The notes under the pieces were generated by a model. The model was given only the letters and a program-made list of their open reading frames with translations. It did no database searches and was not told the origin of the DNA. 64,000 nucleotides of DNA from positions 468,852 to 532,851 of the forward strand of contig CBFIDD010000001.1 of NCBI GenBank assembly GCA_965661285.1. The letters run 5' to 3'. A program made the position numbers and the translations under genes. Each line of letters begins with the position of its first letter. The stretch's first letter is position 1. Of the stretch, positions 49,501-57,478 are shown in pieces. The DNA comes from Poseidonia sp. GTDB lineage: Archaea > Thermoplasmatota > Poseidoniia > Poseidoniales > Poseidoniaceae.

Positions 49501-51595
49501 TTTCAAACGACGTGATGGACAACTTACCGGCGGATTCCGACGTCAATTCAATCGGAATGTCCACCGTTCCACTACCGGTGTCGGGAATGGCGTCGTTGAG
49601 CGCATCAGCCAGGGCGCCGGTCGTAACGCTGACCGGGCCGATCAGGGCTCCAGCCGAAGAGGAACGCTTCCACGCCGAAACACCATCGATGGACAAACCG
49701 GGTTGGTTGGGCGCATTGGAGTGAAGGGCAATCGAAAGGTCAGAAATGCTGGGCGTGGCCCCGGTTGAGGAGGTTGAAAGCATGATTCGCATGCAGAAGT
49801 AGGACGACGAACCGGTCATGGATTTCGTCGTGTTGGGCGAGGTGTAACTTTGGACGCCGGAGTTGCCTGTGTTGCAACTTGATGAGCTGGCTTTGTAGCC
49901 GACGTTCACGGTGATGGACGTGCCGGCTGGCCGGGTTTCGTTCCAATCGACGGTGGCAGCGATGACGTTGCTTGACCCCGAGCCGGTGTACTGGTAGGCG
50001 TAGTAATAGCCGCTGGTCTGATAGTTGGTGGTGTAGGTCAACACCACATCGCCGAGCACGGGCGTTTTGGAAGCGCTGCCGTTGAGGGTGGCGCGCCATT
50101 TGATGGAGGTGCCGGCGTTGGCGAAGTTGACCTTTTGGCCAACGCTTCCCGATTTCCAAGTCACGCCACCGTCGTTTGAAACATCGACACGGATGCTGGT
50201 GCCGGTTGGCGTGGAACCGAAGATGCCTTCGACATTGATGCTGTTAACGGCCCGTGAAATCGACGTTGTTTGGCCCACGATGAGTTGCGAGGTTTGCGAG
50301 GTGGAGCGCACGTCGAAGTGGGCGCCATCGCCGTAGGTGTGGATCTTGCGAAGACCTTGGCTGCAGTAGTTGGTGCCCGACCAGTGGCAGGAGAACATGA
50401 CCTTGTGGTCATCGGTGTCAACCATGCCGTAATGTCCCCCACCGGGCATCGTCCGCTCACCCTGACTGGAGAGCAGGCCGCTGGCCATGGTGTAGTGATA
50501 GTGGACGCTCTTGTAGTCGGTTTGCATGTAGTAGATGTTGTACATCACGTTGGGCATGCTGACGGACAAACCGGCGCCGTGGTCGTAGTAATACGACGTT
50601 GAGGTCATGAGCCAAGTTCCGGTGACGACCGTTGGCGAGGCCGGGTTGACCTCCTTGAGGTAGTGATTCTGTGCCGAGGTGTCATAAACGCCGATGTACA
50701 TCTTGCCGGTGTTGTCATCAAAATCAACGCCCGTGATGTAGTTGGGGTAGTTGTAGTTGTACGTGTTTTTGCAACTCCACTGGACTTGCGTCCCCGCCGT
50801 GTTCCATCCAACTTCCCACTTGTGGACCTTGTAGTACGAGTAGTGAGCGGTGTAGACATCACCGTTGTACACGTCGGCATCGTGGATGCTCCGTGTCGCT
50901 GATGAGCCGCATGTTCCGGTGGTGTAGGACGCCGTACCGAGGTACTGGCCGGTGCTGGCATCGATGCGCATGATGCTCGTGGGTGCGTTGGAGATGTACT
51001 GGCTTGAATATCGGATGACGTGAACTTCTGAGCTGTTGATGGGAACGGCCACACCGGTGTAGCCCCAAGGGGTGTTACTGGCGGCGGTCAAATCGGTGAA
51101 TTTCTTGGTCGGGCTGGTGTAGCCTTGGTCGCTCAATGCCACGAATTCGCCCGTGGTGTTGAGGTGAGCGTTTCCGAGGGTGGCCACGGCACCGGTCGAC
51201 GAAAAGCGGGGCGTGTACTCGGTAGGATTGCCTTTGAGCGAGACCGTTTGGCTGTCAACTTCGAAATTGTCCCGGCGGGCATACGTGAACGGGGAGGGGG
51301 AGGACGTCGACGTACTGGTGTAGTCGGTGTCGCCCGCACCGCCGTAATGGCTGTCCGTGGTGAAGTTGGTGTACGTGGTGGTGCTGGCTTCACCGAGCAG
51401 GTTGAAGGTCGCAGATTGCACGTCTGCACCGATGGGGAGCGTGACGACGCCAGCCGGCCCCGTGCCTTTCTGAGAAAAGGTGTGCTGATAGGACGTTGTG
51501 CCGTCCTTGAACTGCGTCTCCGTGGTGGCTGCAGCAGCCAGCGGCGACATGACGGAAAGCACGAAGAGCAGCATGAGGAAGATGGCTTTACGCAT
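46529..51595 (-). CDS. Giant cell-surface protein (~1690 aa): signal peptide, Tyr/Ser/Thr-rich propeller-like head, Ig-like stalk, CARDB domain, TM, poly-acidic tail
   Basis: MRKAIFLMLLFVLSVMSPLAAA signal; DHDANRNG loop; CARDB-like VVVDAEDEVPEANDDDN; TM followed by a D/E-rich tail. Confidence 0.87.
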   Translation of the reverse strand: MRKAIFLMLLFVLSVMSPLAAAATTETQFKDGTTSYQHTFSQKGTGPAGVVTLPIGADVQSATFNLLGEASTTTYTNFTTDSHYGGAGDTDYTSTSTSSPSPFTYARRDNFEVDSQTVSLKGNPTEYTPRFSSTGAVATLGNAHLNTTGEFVALSDQGYTSPTKKFTDLTAASNTPWGYTGVAVPINSSEVHVIRYSSQYISNAPTSIMRIDASTGQYLGTASYTTGTCGSSATRSIHDADVYNGDVYTAHYSYYKVHKWEVGWNTAGTQVQWSCKNTYNYNYPNYITGVDFDDNTGKMYIGVYDTSAQNHYLKEVNPASPTVVTGTWLMTSTSYYYDHGAGLSVSMPNVMYNIYYMQTDYKSVHYHYTMASGLLSSQGERTMPGGGHYGMVDTDDHKVMFSCHWSGTNYCSQGLRKIHTYGDGAHFDVRSTSQTSQLIVGQTTSISRAVNSINVEGIFGSTPTGTSIRVDVSNDGGVTWKSGSVGQKVNFANAGTSIKWRATLNGSASKTPVLGDVVLTYTTNYQTSGYYYAYQYTGSGSSNVIAATVDWNETRPAGTSITVNVGYKASSSSCNTGNSGVQSYTSPNTTKSMTGSSSYFCMRIMLSTSSTGATPSISDLSIALHSNAPNQPGLSIDGVSAWKRSSSAGALIGPVSVTTGALADALNDAIPDTGSGTVDIPIELTSESAGKLSITSFEITYVMQTVNLDLTIPEGEVLHERITPYEVVSRHVIGESANSMVSAELTLMTAGSAANWPILSWQYGDVFPDPNDPSQYIEVDPTSYSVESNGILEIHWKFFVTSEMPDQDNVRFRVGCLDDSGTAGFAPEPLTSEEGLRVNRSFGLGWLNVRDNDGELTSMDVEDGSWVAAGEQLHFVGAMWFQDTDDAPKDSAFDVRISRNGYVESTARDTTNNNGSFFVSIDLPNIDVPDGLTYEVQTYNERNPDHVQQPNAEWRRTYLVDATHPERKQVAPVEDAYEAATTEQTVQVLVDDKVGHPMELELNYWVEADHDANRNGEADPEEYVVKTVTNTTEARAKWFITTIDTSRNPNMGRVSYFWDGGDQAGNPLHFTVMNDDDELLSFESSEGFLYDDATFRTRKDSSAIFTGLEWFGHEDNEPVYAGMEQTISLGFIDANTAIDFEFISLVFDFEGPNPARDAQSISYSGTNNTFWSDSPYIHLLPTSTMMQTTNESGLPWIMLDFHFKFSWDWPDEEMGDVALMYKELGSSDASRILLLEHTFRVENDLMLAPADFEVEDISEPRTGPVADGSRVRKDDRLAFTGRVVYEGSQTPAPRDVGILVEVFDGEKLWSDGSLTADGGYAVEVPLSSASTLQSSPSRTCLISITNIPGRGEDMTGTLVSTTLQVVVDDAAPRVTRRIAPLNVIDISANNDLTQIEVEFQGTEDADLTGSKQLVHWVMRDATRTMTIGAGSTLLGMQQDGQNVMWTGVVDITAGGTVIPKAGDFVGFYMTGYDAAGNQFPVVSNSEASPIPELASEDTDFERQWVRLGAVGPELRVKNIAMSDDHIAPGANIDVRADIYNAGGNTSQQFKVAFYSGSSDEPFEVVRVNGIDAGELYSVNVVWESEDVDRIRVVVDAEDEVPEANDDDNSAEHAVTIAYGQYLGWFDSVREQPLAWMFAILSIMTLAIVFTVATKTSIDYGEGAFDEDEADWEDEDDDDDFDDYDEDDD

Positions 51596-51736
51596 GGTGG
51601 TCACCCGACATTTCCCTGTACGGATTCCATCGCATTTGAATGATGCCCTTTCACGGCAACCCACCAAATCTCCAAATTGAACCATGACAGGGGAGCATTC
51701 AAGGCCTCCAACGGCTTGGTGAGGACAGGTGAAGGC

Positions 51737-52129
51737 ATGAGCGAAGAGGGGACCTTCTTTGGACGACTTTGGGCCAAACAACATGGAAAACAATTCGGCA
51801 TCAGTGCCGTTGCGGCTGGGGCCAGTGCCACACTCCTGGTGGCCTGCATGTACCAGATTCTCTTCCTTCAGGACCACGCCGACTGGAACGAATTCACTGG
51901 AGCCGCCATCATCGGTTCCGTCGCCTCCCTCATCGTCTTCCTCATCTCGTTTCCAGAATACCTGCGTTTCAAAGGCTATGTCTCGGAACTTGAGGAATTG
52001 AAGGACATCCAGTCAACGGCCGAACTTCGCCGCAGGAAAGCCGACGGTGACGAAGCCGCTGAAGCCTTGGGAGCGGGGCATCTCGAGCAGTGGAAAGCAT
52101 TCCTTGATAGTCGCGGCGTGAAGCGGTAA
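51737..52129 (+). CDS. Small two-TM membrane protein (DUF3198-like)
   Basis: AGGTGA RBS; 2 TMs and a helical C-terminus; family name tentative. Confidence 0.7.
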   Translation: MSEEGTFFGRLWAKQHGKQFGISAVAAGASATLLVACMYQILFLQDHADWNEFTGAAIIGSVASLIVFLISFPEYLRFKGYVSELEELKDIQSTAELRRRKADGDEAAEALGAGHLEQWKAFLDSRGVKR

Positions 52130-52144
52130 GGCTGAGGGCCCCTC

Positions 52145-53128
52145 ATGTCGGACCACGACCCGTTGCGTTCGTTGCTGCTTGAACTGGCACTTGCCGTTGG
52201 CATGATCGCATGCTTGGTGGGCGCCATGTTCATCCACACCGGCTCCATGCCACCCCTGGTTGTCGTCGAGTCAAAGTCCATGATTCACGATGAAGGAGGT
52301 GAACTTGGCAGCATCGATGCCGGCGACCTCATTCTGGTTCACGACCAACCCGGCGATACCATCGTGACGTATGCGGAAGCCACGGACCCAACCCATCCAG
52401 CCTACGGCTACGAACAACACGGCCTCGAAGGCGACGTCATCATCTACGCCAAAAACGGTGAAGCGGGGACGCCCATCATCCACCGGGCCATCATGCGTGT
52501 GGTCGCAGAAGAGACCGTCGCACCCGACCGACAAGCCGCATCGCCGTGCCCGGAAGAGGCGACCTACGATGCTGTACGGATGGCTGAGGACGGTCTTGCG
52601 GGCTCGTGCATCCTCACCTGGTCGGTTCCAGGTACGTCGGTCAAGAACGTGACCAACGTCACCGTTTCCTTTGACGGAAGCGACGCCGCCTACTACGCCT
52701 GCAAACGGCCGGCCCATGCGGGGGTTGAAGCCCATCTTGTGGTGTGGCAGTGGAAGCCTGCTCACGAAGGCATGCTCACGCTGGGCGACAACAACAAGTG
52801 TTCCGTGGACCAAGGTGCGGCGGCCACCAACGGTTCCGCCGGCGTTCACAGCCCGTCTGGAGTCGTCGGCCCTATTCGAGACGACTGGGTCTTGGGTGTT
52901 GCCGGAGGGGAAATCCCGTGGCTCGGAACGGTGAAACTCATGGTTGGCGGACCGGAATCCTACGGAACGAGGGACGTCCCGTCCTCGTCCTTCATTGCCC
53001 TCTTTGCCGTACTTGGAGCCGTGCTTTTGACGCCGCAAGCCTCTGAACAGGTGTTTCGCTGGTGGTTGAACCGCTCGCCCGAACTGACCGAACTGGCCAA
53101 GCGCGAACAGGATCAAGAAGCGTCGTAA
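52145..53128 (+). CDS. Signal peptidase I (S26, SEC11-like) with Cys-rich insertion
   Basis: VVESKSM (catalytic Ser), GDL, PIIHRA (catalytic His) and TLGDNN...D. Confidence 0.9.
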   Translation: MSDHDPLRSLLLELALAVGMIACLVGAMFIHTGSMPPLVVVESKSMIHDEGGELGSIDAGDLILVHDQPGDTIVTYAEATDPTHPAYGYEQHGLEGDVIIYAKNGEAGTPIIHRAIMRVVAEETVAPDRQAASPCPEEATYDAVRMAEDGLAGSCILTWSVPGTSVKNVTNVTVSFDGSDAAYYACKRPAHAGVEAHLVVWQWKPAHEGMLTLGDNNKCSVDQGAAATNGSAGVHSPSGVVGPIRDDWVLGVAGGEIPWLGTVKLMVGGPESYGTRDVPSSSFIALFAVLGAVLLTPQASEQVFRWWLNRSPELTELAKREQDQEAS

Positions 53129-53859
53129 CCCGATGCTTTGAGGGCCTCATCCATCGTGAGATGCCCTTCACTTACACGCATCGCCATCTCGAGGGAAATG
53201 GTCAATTGACCCTTTGAGCGCTTGCGGCTGATGCGCTGGAGGTTGCGCAACTCACCCGGTGTCGCCCGAATCTTGCGTTGCTCGTGCACCGCAACCCCCG
53301 ATATCATGGCTATTTTGAGCGCTGCTGAGCCGTGTGCGTGGCGGCGTTGGCCCGTGCTCGTACGGTGTTCGTTGACGATCTCGACATGATAGCCCAGCGA
53401 CAACACGCGATTGACCATTCGGTCTCGATGGACCGGTGAGCCATGACCGATGCGGATGAGCACGTTGGCTGGAGCCGTGTGTTCCACCAGGCTCACCACC
53501 TGCTCAAGGGCTTCGTCAATGGTCTCGAATTCTCGTTTTCCAAGCAGTACACCGTCGGCAAAAAAGGCGCAACCCGGGCGGGGCCCGGGGTCAACGCCAA
53601 CGACCACCTGGTCGGGTGGAGCGGTCAACTGCCGAGACAGAAGCCACGTCGAGACGACCTGGTCAACGTCCTCCAGTTCCATCGCCACGCCACGCCCTCC
53701 GAGGAGACGAACCTCTTCGGGCGTACCAAACCAATAGGCATCCGGCTCGATCGTGTCGTGAATCGACACTTGTTTCGCCGGGAGGTCTCGGCGTTTTAAT
53801 TCACTCAACAACCGGTGAGCCAAACGAAAATCCTCGGTTCGCACGTAAACCGGCTTCAC
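53113..53859 (-). CDS. Predicted RNase H-fold (YqgF/RuvC-like) nuclease-domain protein
   Basis: VVVGVDPG, IRIGHG, IVNEHRT and AALKIA; GTG start. Confidence 0.65.
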   Translation of the reverse strand: MKPVYVRTEDFRLAHRLLSELKRRDLPAKQVSIHDTIEPDAYWFGTPEEVRLLGGRGVAMELEDVDQVVSTWLLSRQLTAPPDQVVVGVDPGPRPGCAFFADGVLLGKREFETIDEALEQVVSLVEHTAPANVLIRIGHGSPVHRDRMVNRVLSLGYHVEIVNEHRTSTGQRRHAHGSAALKIAMISGVAVHEQRKIRATPGELRNLQRISRKRSKGQLTISLEMAMRVSEGHLTMDEALKASGYDAS

Positions 53860-53983
53860 AGCAAACCCACCCCTGCGCCCTGTTCTAACCTATCGGTTGG
53901 CGAACTGCACCGCCTGTCGAACAGCGAATCTGAGGCGATGGTGTTCCGAAGTAATCAAGAACGATAGACGCGGATGGGCGCCC

Positions 53984-54655
53984 ATGACAGGTGCTTACGA
54001 GCGAGAACTTCGGGATGTTCTCTCCGGCACCGAAAAGGGAGTTACGGCGGTCACGCGCAGTTGCACACCGGAAGAAAAAGCCCGAACGCGCTGCGTTCTC
54101 AACCGCCCTTTTCTCGTCGTCCGAGCAGCCGGTTCGGGCATGGAAGGGAGCGGTGATTTGGTGGCCCTGCGAGGCGACTGTTGCTTCCCCATCGAAGTGA
54201 AATCAACCAAAGCTGAAAAATTGTATTTTTCAGGACGAACCAAAGACCAACTCAACGCCATGATTCGTGAGGGGGAGCGCTCGGGCTTGATGCCGTTGTA
54301 CGCTCACCGCCGCAAAGGTGTTCGGGGCGATTCGTGGCGGCTGTTTCGCGTGGAAACCGAAGGACTCACCGGCACGCTGGCCCGCCTTGCAACCATGATC
54401 CCAGCGTTGCCACTGAACCGAAACGGCTCGCCGTTTATCGATTGGGAACAGGGCATGCCCCTCAACCAATTCATCGGCATGATGTGTTCGCCGCTCGGGG
54501 GAGAGGATGCGCCCCTCAAAACCCTGCAGCAACGGGCCAAAAAACCAAGCAGCCCCACCATGGCAGAACATCAAGACAAAAGTGCCACCGATATTTTGGC
54601 CGAATTGGAACGCCGTCGCTCGGCTTCATTCCCGGTGCTCAAAGGTAAGGAATGA
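53984..54655 (+). CDS. hjc: Archaeal Holliday junction resolvase (Hjc family)
   Basis: GAYEREL, VVRAAGSG, GDLVAL and PIEVKST. Confidence 0.88.
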   Translation: MTGAYERELRDVLSGTEKGVTAVTRSCTPEEKARTRCVLNRPFLVVRAAGSGMEGSGDLVALRGDCCFPIEVKSTKAEKLYFSGRTKDQLNAMIREGERSGLMPLYAHRRKGVRGDSWRLFRVETEGLTGTLARLATMIPALPLNRNGSPFIDWEQGMPLNQFIGMMCSPLGGEDAPLKTLQQRAKKPSSPTMAEHQDKSATDILAELERRRSASFPVLKGKE

Positions 54656-56096
54656 ACATCGTGAACAGCAGCATGCCCAACAAAACGAACGACGAATAGC
54701 TCGAGGCTCGTGAAGAAATATGGTCCACCCACATCGGGTGCAAGTCCCAGAGTTTGATCTTTCGACCAAGTCGCTTGACACCGCTCAGGAAGGCATGCAG
54801 CATGTCTCGCAGCATGTGGCCCCCGTCAAAGGGTACCATCGGAACCAGGTTGGTAAATCCAAGAAGAATGTTCACCCAAACCAGCCAGAACATGAGATGA
54901 CAAAGGAACATGAGAACATCGGTCCCCAGAAGGCCGCCGATCACACCGTCTCCTGCCACCATCAACGCTTCCTCGAACGGATGAATAGCAACACCACCGA
55001 GTTCGAACGGAATCAACAAGATGGTCAGCACGTGGAAGGGGAGAGCAAGGGCTCGCTGAGCAAGATCCCCTTCCCAGCGAGGCGAGAAGGGCCCCGCCAG
55101 TCGGTCGACACCGGCCGTGCCTTCCGAGAGCCCCTCAACGCCCAAGAAGGCATCACCGAGTTGAATGTCGAGGTTGGCGAGCACCTCCTCGCTCCATCCT
55201 AAATTCTTGTAGTATTCGTATTTGTCACCAAACGTGGCTTGGAGTGTTTCCCGTGTGCCGTCTTGATGAATCACCACCAAATCGACAGTGTCGTTGCTCG
55301 TGTAAGCTAAAAGGATGTCCCTGAAATCCTCCGTGGTGTGAACCGGCTGCCCGTCAATGGACACCAGCGTGTCCCAAGGTTGCATGCCGGCTTGATCAGC
55401 ACCACCGTCCTTCACGATGCCTTGAATGTGGATGTAATCGTCCTCGGCGACGAGTTGGGAGGCGATGCCGCCCAACAACATCAACATGATGAACGCGGCA
55501 AAGAGGTTGGTGGCAGGACCGGCTGCAAACATCCGTAGACGCTCTCGCCGAGGCGCCCGCATCAATTCGTCAGACTGAGGCTCAGCAAAGGCACCGAGCG
55601 GAAGCGGTCCCAGTTGGAGCAAGCCGAAGGAGCGTATTCGCATGCCGTGACCTCGAGCCAACAACCCGTGTCCAAATTCGTGAATCACCAGGGAGACGAC
55701 GAAGGCAACAACGCCCCAGCCCAGAGGAATGACCGGATTGATGCCCGGCACGGCCACCAGTTCACTCGCGGACGGAGGCGCTGCTGTGGGCGGAGAGAGA
55801 ACCGACAAGACGAAGGCAGCAATGACGAACAACGCCACCATCAACATGGAGACCGAACACACCCAAAGCGAAACCTCGCCGTAGGCACGCCAGAACCGTC
55901 TTGGCTTCGCAATCCAATCCAAAAGACGCTGGCCGCGTTGCGTGCGAACCATCAGCACGATACCGAGGGCACGGGTGGCGTTCCAACGGTCGAGGGTGCC
56001 GTTTCGCTCCCATGTTTTGATGAGCACATACCAGCCAATGAGCAGGGCAAACGCCACGGTCCAATTCGCCTGAACCGAACCCAGTGTCCCCACCAT
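54639..56096 (-). CDS. Site-2 protease (M50) with PDZ domain
   Basis: HEFGH, GAFAEP, AAGPATN, PDZ-like GADQAGMQPWDTLVSIDG, and NLVPMVPFDGG. Confidence 0.95.
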   Translation of the reverse strand: MVGTLGSVQANWTVAFALLIGWYVLIKTWERNGTLDRWNATRALGIVLMVRTQRGQRLLDWIAKPRRFWRAYGEVSLWVCSVSMLMVALFVIAAFVLSVLSPPTAAPPSASELVAVPGINPVIPLGWGVVAFVVSLVIHEFGHGLLARGHGMRIRSFGLLQLGPLPLGAFAEPQSDELMRAPRRERLRMFAAGPATNLFAAFIMLMLLGGIASQLVAEDDYIHIQGIVKDGGADQAGMQPWDTLVSIDGQPVHTTEDFRDILLAYTSNDTVDLVVIHQDGTRETLQATFGDKYEYYKNLGWSEEVLANLDIQLGDAFLGVEGLSEGTAGVDRLAGPFSPRWEGDLAQRALALPFHVLTILLIPFELGGVAIHPFEEALMVAGDGVIGGLLGTDVLMFLCHLMFWLVWVNILLGFTNLVPMVPFDGGHMLRDMLHAFLSGVKRLGRKIKLWDLHPMWVDHISSRASSYSSFVLLGMLLFTMFIPYL

Positions 56097-56193
56097 GACC
56101 TCCCCACGCCCCGTTCCGTCTTGAACGTTGATACGCGTCCAACGGGTTCAACATGGACAAACCTTGATGATGGGTTGGCATCTGTTTCCCCTC

Positions 56194-56712
56194 ATGCACC
56201 CCCACAACATGGCCATCGAGGTCTGGTGTGAAGAGACTTGGGGGGAGCGTCCCGTACGCATTTCGGACTGGGCGAACCACGGCGATATCGTTCAGGTGTT
56301 CATCCGCCTCTCGTCAAGCGTGCTCATCGCTGATTTCCTCCTGGATAGCGATGGCAGTCTGAACATCCAACAGCATCTCCACATTCCGTTGGAAACATGG
56401 AATCCAGGCTCGATTCAAGGTTTTCGAACAAGCGAAGGAAAAACACGTTTCCAGCATCGCCGACAAAGCATCTACCTCTCGAGCGAACTGCGCGTGGCCG
56501 AATGGGGGGCTGCTCTCCTCGAGGAATGGCTCATGAGCATGCGAAGCGCGGTGAATCGACCAAAAGACCGAACACAACGCCTGAACGAGATCAAGCGATT
56601 GAAACTCTCCATCGAGCGCAACCTCGAGAGCGCATCACTGGCAAAAGTGGCCGATGAGCGAGCATCCCTCGATGTCCATCTCGACCGTATCGATCAGCGC
56701 TTAGCGAACTGA
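56194..56712 (+). CDS. Hypothetical protein with C-terminal coiled coil
   Basis: Fills the gap between the S2P and macro-domain genes; start uncertain. Confidence 0.65.
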   Translation: MHPHNMAIEVWCEETWGERPVRISDWANHGDIVQVFIRLSSSVLIADFLLDSDGSLNIQQHLHIPLETWNPGSIQGFRTSEGKTRFQHRRQSIYLSSELRVAEWGAALLEEWLMSMRSAVNRPKDRTQRLNEIKRLKLSIERNLESASLAKVADERASLDVHLDRIDQRLAN

Positions 56713-57339
56713 ATCTTGCATGGTTGTGTCCACGCCCGGGAACTGGTCTTCCCCTTCCCGATACACGGTTCGCATGTTGTTGATGAAGTTCTTTTCCTTG
56801 ACGACAATCGTATAGTTCTTGATGCCGTAATCCTTCTCGCCGTCCAACATTTCAAGCAGCACCTGCAAGGTCAACCGAGCGCCCTCTCGATGCGGATAGG
56901 AAAACACGCCCATGGAGATGGGGGGAGAGACCACCGACGTGACGTCGCCCATCTCCTCGATGGTTGCAAAGAGGTTAGCGTAGGTTTCTGCGAGGAGTTC
57001 GCGCCGCGATTCATCTTGATTTGGACGGCGACAGTCAGGACCAACAACGTGGATGATATGTTTGTACTGGTCTGCCAGCGAAAAGGGCTCGGTGATGACA
57101 TTGTTCGTCACAGCGCACGGAGGAGCGTTGATTTTACGCTTCTCGAGAACGATGTTGCGCGTGACTTGACTCATCTCTTTGCCGGCTTTTTGATGAATCA
57201 TGGCATCGATGCCTTCTCGTCCGGAGAGGCGGTTGTTTGCGGGCGTGATGAGTACATCACCGCTGTGTGTCCATGGTTCGCCGCCCATGACGCGGAGAAC
57301 ACCGTTTTTGCACGTGCGTGCCATATAAAGTTCCGCCAT
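56701..57339 (-). CDS. Macro-domain (ADP-ribose-binding/hydrolase) protein
   Basis: DVLITPAN...GIDAMIHQKAG, IIHVVGP and PPISMGVFSYP. Confidence 0.9.
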   Translation of the reverse strand: MAELYMARTCKNGVLRVMGGEPWTHSGDVLITPANNRLSGREGIDAMIHQKAGKEMSQVTRNIVLEKRKINAPPCAVTNNVITEPFSLADQYKHIIHVVGPDCRRPNQDESRRELLAETYANLFATIEEMGDVTSVVSPPISMGVFSYPHREGARLTLQVLLEMLDGEKDYGIKNYTIVVKEKNFINNMRTVYREGEDQFPGVDTTMQDSVR

Positions 57340-57478
57340 CGGTTCTGAGAGAAGGCGACCCTACATATTATCTGCCCCGTATTTTGATGAAAAGAGGGGA
57401 TTTTCGCACCGTGACTCGTTGTGCTGCACGCATACCTCAAGGCGATACGGCTAAATCGGCCATGATGGTGCAACGACC

